Shown here: positions 59,501-64,000 of the stretch, in pieces
Position numbering within the stretch: position 1 is the first letter of the stretch
How the letters are laid out: each line of letters opens with the position of its first letter
DNA from: Oopsacas minuta
Lineage: Eukaryota > Animalia > Porifera
NCBI GenBank assembly: GCA_024704765.1
Contig: JAKMXF010000066.1
Location: 1,113,883-1,177,882 of the forward strand
Length of the DNA: 64,000 nt
Direction: 5' to 3'
Position numbers and translations under genes: made by a program
The notes under the pieces: generated by a model
What the model saw: the letters and a program-made list of their open reading frames with translations, nothing else
What the model was told of the DNA's origin: nothing
Database searches by the model: none

Positions 59501-60851
59501 TTAAATACTAAACAGAAATACTTCAATGATCTGTTACATCTGAAGTTAACAGGCCTCAATAATACATTGACTAAGTTAGAAGAGCAACAAGGAGAATTAG
59601 TTAAAGTTGAAACAGAGATTATTCCAGAACATGCGCGGAAAGTTGAGAAGCTAGGCAGGAGAGTTAACAAGACTGCGTTGGCTACTATCGCGGGTGGGGC
59701 AGGGTCTAGAGTTGAGAAATTCGAGAATCCTGAAGTTACAAACTTGAAAGAAAATCTCCAAGAAACGCAGCGAGAAAAAGATGAATTCAGTGATAAGGTA
59801 TGCAATCGAAATATATTTATTTGTTTCTGATAAAATGACAGTACAATGGACAGTCAAAACTTACGAGAATTTATTGAACTGTACAGTTAACTCCCGTTAT
59901 ATTGAAGCTCAAGGGACCGAGATAATTACTTCGATATAAACGATGAAATTTATGGTACTTTTGACAGTTTGGCACCATATTTGTACATTTTAAGAATTCG
60001 AAATAAGCTGATATTTCGACATATCCGTGTACGATATAACTGAAGTTGACTGTAAAGTAAACCTCTTTAATAGGAACATGGTCGAATTTCCAGATAATAG
60101 GACTAAAATAGACACAAATCCGCTCCCTACAATTGTAATTCAATTGGTATTACTCCGGATAAAGAGAACATATTTTGACAATCCGTTGGTGTTCGTAATT
60201 ACAATAAATAACGAAGTTCTACTGTGTTTACATTTAATCGTGAAGGTTGAGAAGTTGAAGAAACAGAGTGCAAAGGATAAAGGCCTTGTAGATAAGTTAT
60301 ACTTTAGATTAATGAAGTACAACAGATGGTTTGAAGACATTACCAAAGAGTTAGAGCTAGATGATACAGACAACAAACAAGATAAAATAGTCGATGAATC
60401 TTTCCTTGAATTAGACAGCTCAATACCAAACGAAATACGAAATTGCGTTCGCAAGGCAATACTTACAGATACAATAAAAGTTAGAGAGAAGATTATACAA
60501 AACAGAGACGACTACCTTACTTCAGAAGACGACAAGATATCCGTGAATAACCTCAAGGCAGGAGATCATGTATTGTTATTACCAAGCAAGGCAACTAGCA
60601 ATGTTCGTGCACACGTACACGTACCGCGTATATTCACACTTGAGACCAATCAACTATACTTTTTAGACGTTGAAAGTTACGAAAATTTTAAATTAGAAAT
60701 GAAAAAAGATTTTACTTCCTGTGTAACCGGTATTTTGACTGAAGATCCGAAACAAAAAGCAGCTCTAGCGAGAGAAGATTATCCCGTTACTCAATTCGGT
60801 ATGATTTTCTACACAGTCAAGGCAAAGCCTAAAATACAATCGGCTTTATAG
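56506..60851 (+). CDS. 909-aa Ser/Thr kinase (IKK/TBK1/ULK-like) fused to a FIP200/Atg11-like body (ubiquitin-like domain, helical scaffold, coiled coil, Claw); six exons
   Basis: Exons 56506-57023, 57202-57404, 57730-58104, 58372-58640, 59039-59797 and 60246-60851 have compatible phases and total 2730 nt. Kinase motifs GKGAFG, IAVK, REIE, HRDLKPAN, ADFG, MAPE. Ubiquitin-like VISVHTGQQ...TLEELVH. C-terminal KISVNNLKAGDHVLL...LYFLDVES...FYTVKA. Confidence 0.85.
57049..57159. mobile_element. MITE family B copy in kinase intron 1
   Basis: TA-CAGTGAAACCTCTACAAAC ... GTTTGTGGAGGTTACACTG-TA. Confidence 0.85.
57424..57560. mobile_element. hAT/Charlie-like MITE (family D) in kinase intron 2
   Basis: CAGCGGTTACCAA start; interior shared with the 25460 and 47637 copies. 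Confidence 0.7.
58126..58333. mobile_element. MITE-like element with internal AATATCGA repeats in kinase intron 3
   Basis: CAAGGTTTGGCA ... TGCCAAACTTTG (11/12 inverted match); interior has repeated AAATATCGAAAATATCGA and its inverse. Confidence 0.6.
58677..58980. mobile_element. MITE family E copy in kinase intron 4
   Basis: AAAACTGTTTCAGCTCCAC ... GTGGAGCTGAAACAAGTTT; collinear with 53636-53928. Confidence 0.85.
59884..60052. mobile_element. MITE family A copy (opposite orientation) in kinase intron 5
   Basis: TA-CAGTTAACTCCCG ... GAAGTTGACTG-TA; interior is the reverse complement of the 43312 copy. Confidence 0.85.
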
Positions 60852-60984
60852 CTGTGATCATTGCTAGAATTTTTGTGTTTTTGAATTTGTTTGCTCAGTT
60901 TTATAAGAATGTTAAAAAGCTCATAAATATTACAAATTATACAAATTTATACAAAAGTCAATACAAATGTACAAAAAGATTTTC

Positions 60985-61902
60985 TTAGAAACTCTTCGCG
61001 GCGTAAAAGAGGAATATCACTGGTGGAACAATAAATATGAGTGCGGGTAATAGAGGTACGCAGATAGTAAGAATAGCCACACCGCAGATAGTAAATATTA
61101 CAATTTCTTGGACAACTTTAAACCAACGTAATCTTTTGGTGACCTTTTTGCTACCCAAAATGGTGTATCTATCACAGGCATTGACTTCCCATTTATCTCC
61201 TCCGTGACCGCCGAGAAGAGTATTTGATTTTGATGTTTCTTTACCGCAGTTGTAGCACCAGTAACAAGAACATTTGATACAATTCATGCTTGGACATCCT
61301 CCATCACGTTGAGTAGGTACTTGACATCTTGGACATCTGAATGCGTTCTGTTGATGATTGACTCCGTCCCAATCCTTGGTCCATTGATTGAATTGATTGT
61401 TTTCATCTAAATTATCTTTGCATGATATCCCTGCATGAGTTGGTCCATAGCAAAAATAACACCAGGGTTTATAGCAGGTCGAACAGAGCATCTGATTGAC
61501 TTTAGTAGAACTTTTTGTTGAAGATTTTGCCTTTTTCATCAACTGGTAATTTTGCTCGCTAATACTCGTAATGTGTGAGCAATTTGGACAGGAGCGTTTT
61601 GTCGGTGAATTATCAGCATTCAATTTTAAAAGTGCTATCTTATTTTTCTGTGTCAGAGATATAAACTGATTAACAAGCTCGTCCGTGAGTTTTTGTGGAC
61701 ATCCAGGCATTGGACATGGAAATAAATACTGTCCATCTTCAATGCGATATTCTATATAAGATCTGAGACATTCAGCGCAAGCATACATCCAACAACAATG
61801 CAGCATTTCACATCTCCCATCAGAGACTGGTGTATTAGTGCATAAAGGACATAATTCTTCTTCTGTAGCACCTAATGAACTGTTTTCTATAGGATATTCC
61901 AT
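60985..61902 (-). CDS. RBR E3 ubiquitin ligase with C-terminal transmembrane anchor (RNF217/RNF144-like), intronless
   Basis: RING1 CPLC..CC..AC.ECLRSYI..CPMPGC; IBR CPNC..CSTC.KPWCYFC..H..C; RING2 CPRC..QRDGGCPSMNC.KC..WCYNC; hydrophobic tail IVIFTICGVAILTICVPLLPALIFIVPP. Confidence 0.9.
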   Translation of the reverse strand: MEYPIENSSLGATEEELCPLCTNTPVSDGRCEMLHCCWMYACAECLRSYIEYRIEDGQYLFPCPMPGCPQKLTDELVNQFISLTQKNKIALLKLNADNSPTKRSCPNCSHITSISEQNYQLMKKAKSSTKSSTKVNQMLCSTCYKPWCYFCYGPTHAGISCKDNLDENNQFNQWTKDWDGVNHQQNAFRCPRCQVPTQRDGGCPSMNCIKCSCYWCYNCGKETSKSNTLLGGHGGDKWEVNACDRYTILGSKKVTKRLRWFKVVQEIVIFTICGVAILTICVPLLPALIFIVPPVIFLFYAAKSF

Positions 61903-62923
61903 CTTGCTAACGATTAAAAATGTTAATGAATTACAATAGTAAGTATATAGTATGACAAATGAGGAACTTATTACAATCCTTTCTCGACAGTAGAATATGG
62001 ATTCTAATGTTCTTTAGAAATTTCCCTCTCAAACAAAGCGAGGAGTGTAAAAATGCCTAGAAAACATCCAAGCCATATATTAAAGAAATAATATATAAAG
62101 AGCTCAGCTTCACAGTTTTCGGGAATATAAGTAGTGAGTATAATTCGATGGATAATATATGAGGGTCTGTGTATTTTGTTTTTTGGTTTCTTGTTGATGG
62201 AAATTGTTTCGATTAATTGATCATGCCTCTTAATTGTGGTTGTGTTTTTCTAGCTATTTAATGTGGACTTGAGCTTTTATAACGCATTCAATAGTCGTTG
62301 ATCAATTTGATGCATTAGCGTTGTTATTAAGATCATTGTCAAATAACCTGCTGCAAATCCCACGCCTGCATTTTCGACCGATTACCTGAAATTGAATAAC
62401 TTGAGTCTTCAAATTTTCCATGATTTCAATATACGTAACACTAATATCGCCAAAAACTGTGCTCTAGTAGGGCTGAGCTTTACTAGAGCTGAGCTCTATA
62501 CCTTATCCCTATATTAAATATTGTTAGTCAAATGTCGAATAAAAGTTTAAGTTAAGTGATTGAAAGAGGCCAATTAGAAAGTAAATTACTTACTGTAAGG
62601 TTTCTAATCAGTATTTATTAATAAAGTCTGCCAGCTTGACAACCAATTATTGTGAATGGCACGCTAAGGTATTTTATCTAGAATGTTCCATAGGAAAGGT
62701 TTCTGAATTCAATCACTTTTATGACACATTTCCCCATCAAATACGACATAAGTAAAAGTTGTGAGACAGATTGTAGATACCAGCGGGCATTTTATAAGGC
62801 TACAGTTGCATGTATGCTTAGGTGTACGGATTCGCGAATCATTTGAGTATATAAAACAGCTGTGTAGTCATAATGGCTATTATAATATATCGATTTTGAT
62901 GTAATATTTGTAACTTTAGAATA

Positions 62924-64000
62924 ATGTCTGGGAATAGAAATAACAGTAAATCGAGCAAGAATAGCTCAAAAGATGGAAAAGATTCTAAGCAAATAAAAAC
63001 GGACAGTTCGTCAACAGATTCTTTGCTTAGCTTTTTGAGTACGGCTTCTAACGCAATGAGGAAAGCAATGGATATGACAAAACAAGGGAGTAGTGCAAAT
63101 AGTCGCAAGAGAGACCCCAATCATAGACGGCATCTTCTTAATAACATGAAAGAGTCCAGTTTGGAGTATAGCGCGTATAACAAACGTAGATATAAACGTC
63201 GTTCTATAAGCTCTAGCTCTGCACATAACGGAGATGCTCAGGCAGATTCTAGTGATTATCTGACTGATACTATGAAAGAACTGTTCATGAATTCTACAGA
63301 AGAACCTGGGACGAATTTACATTTCCAAAGCAGCAACCAAATGGAAGGATCTCTTCTGGGGTATACAGGAGATTCTGTGTATTTCCAAGAGAACGAATGG
63401 GCAGCTGATTGTGAGAGTATTGTCACTACTTCAGATCATTACTTCAATGCTAGCAATGAACTACAACTCAGTCAAAATTATGAGGGAAGTTATATGGGAG
63501 TGCCGCAAGTAACCGGATACATACCGGACCCTTTCGAGGGAGGCAGTAACTTCACGAATAGTTCTAGCTACTTGACGTCATCTCTGGAGATGAGTGAGAT
63601 AGGAGGACATCTGTCAGATAGTTTTAATCTAGAAACACTATGTAGAGATAATCTTGTGTCAAGTCAAGTATCTTGTTCTAGCTGTTTATACAATGATAAA
63701 GCTACAGGTCTACCAAACGAGAATGGAAATACAAACAATAATAATTTATCCAGAAAGACAGAATTGAGTATTTGCGTTGCTCCTGAAGCCCTGGCCTCTG
63801 GAGAATTCTCATCAGTAGACACGCGACTTGTGGAACAAGTTTTAGCACAAGCAGATATACAAGCTACTATGAATGAGTTGGTTGATATAGCTAGACCTAA
63901 AAGAAAGCGAGTAAGTGTAACTCCAACTCATGAGAACAATGATCAGATGTTACCATACTCCATAGCCTATCAAGATTGTCAGTTGTCACATAGACAATGT
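62924..64000 (+). CDS. Open reading frame of at least 359 codons running off the window; Ser/Asn-rich, probably disordered, product unknown
   Basis: Stop-free by hand translation from ATG 62924 (MSGNRNNSKSSKNSSKDG...) to the end of the window; contains an NLS-like RPKRKRV. Not in the ORF track, presumably because it lacks a stop. Confidence 0.75.
   Translation, partial: MSGNRNNSKSSKNSSKDGKDSKQIKTDSSSTDSLLSFLSTASNAMRKAMDMTKQGSSANSRKRDPNHRRHLLNNMKESSLEYSAYNKRRYKRRSISSSSAHNGDAQADSSDYLTDTMKELFMNSTEEPGTNLHFQSSNQMEGSLLGYTGDSVYFQENEWAADCESIVTTSDHYFNASNELQLSQNYEGSYMGVPQVTGYIPDPFEGGSNFTNSSSYLTSSLEMSEIGGHLSDSFNLETLCRDNLVSSQVSCSSCLYNDKATGLPNENGNTNNNNLSRKTELSICVAPEALASGEFSSVDTRLVEQVLAQADIQATMNELVDIARPKRKRVSVTPTHENNDQMLPYSIAYQDCQLSHRQC

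Noticed and set aside
60027-60245. N-terminal 73 aa of the 274-aa ORF
   Set aside because: It starts inside a MITE and reads through intron 5; a phase-0 acceptor at 60245/60246 joins the previous exon.
22433-60851. SMCR8 and the kinase-Claw gene as an autophagy gene cluster
   Set aside because: They are about 32 kb and nine unrelated genes apart, which is compatible with chance.
61270-61310. RBR RING2 lacks the His after the catalytic Cys (GGCPSMNC)
   Set aside because: RNF144-type RBR ligases also lack this His as I recall, so it is not evidence of novelty or inactivity.

Overview
AT-rich, gene-dense eukaryotic (animal) genomic DNA with short GT-AG introns and many intronless genes. Gene content and compactness suggest an early-branching metazoan such as a glass sponge; this is inference only. 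I can support about 18 protein-coding loci: tetraspanin, an ankyrin-gelsolin-RA/PH giant, an NOL12-like broken copy, aldo-keto reductase, SMCO4, a divergent alpha-tubulin, a ~40-exon spectraplakin with an intronless SMCR8 gene nested on the same strand, PUS1, a TRIM protein, a neuronal calcium sensor, APLF, OARD1, NMD3, thioredoxin, CaMKI, a kinase-FIP200-like gene, an RBR E3 ligase and an ORF running off the end. At least six families of short non-autonomous DNA-transposon (MITE-like) elements are scattered through introns and intergenic gaps. I recognised no rRNA, tRNA or CRISPR features. Two observations stand out. (1) A six-exon, 909-aa gene (56506-60851) joins an intact IKK/TBK1/ULK-type kinase to a ubiquitin-like domain, a helical scaffold, a coiled coil and a FIP200/Atg11 Claw domain. 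(2) A single-exon 2014-aa protein (5580-11624) fuses espin-type ankyrin repeats, six gelsolin/villin repeats and a RIAM/lamellipodin-type RA-PH module. All homology calls come from recalled family motifs; no database search was run.
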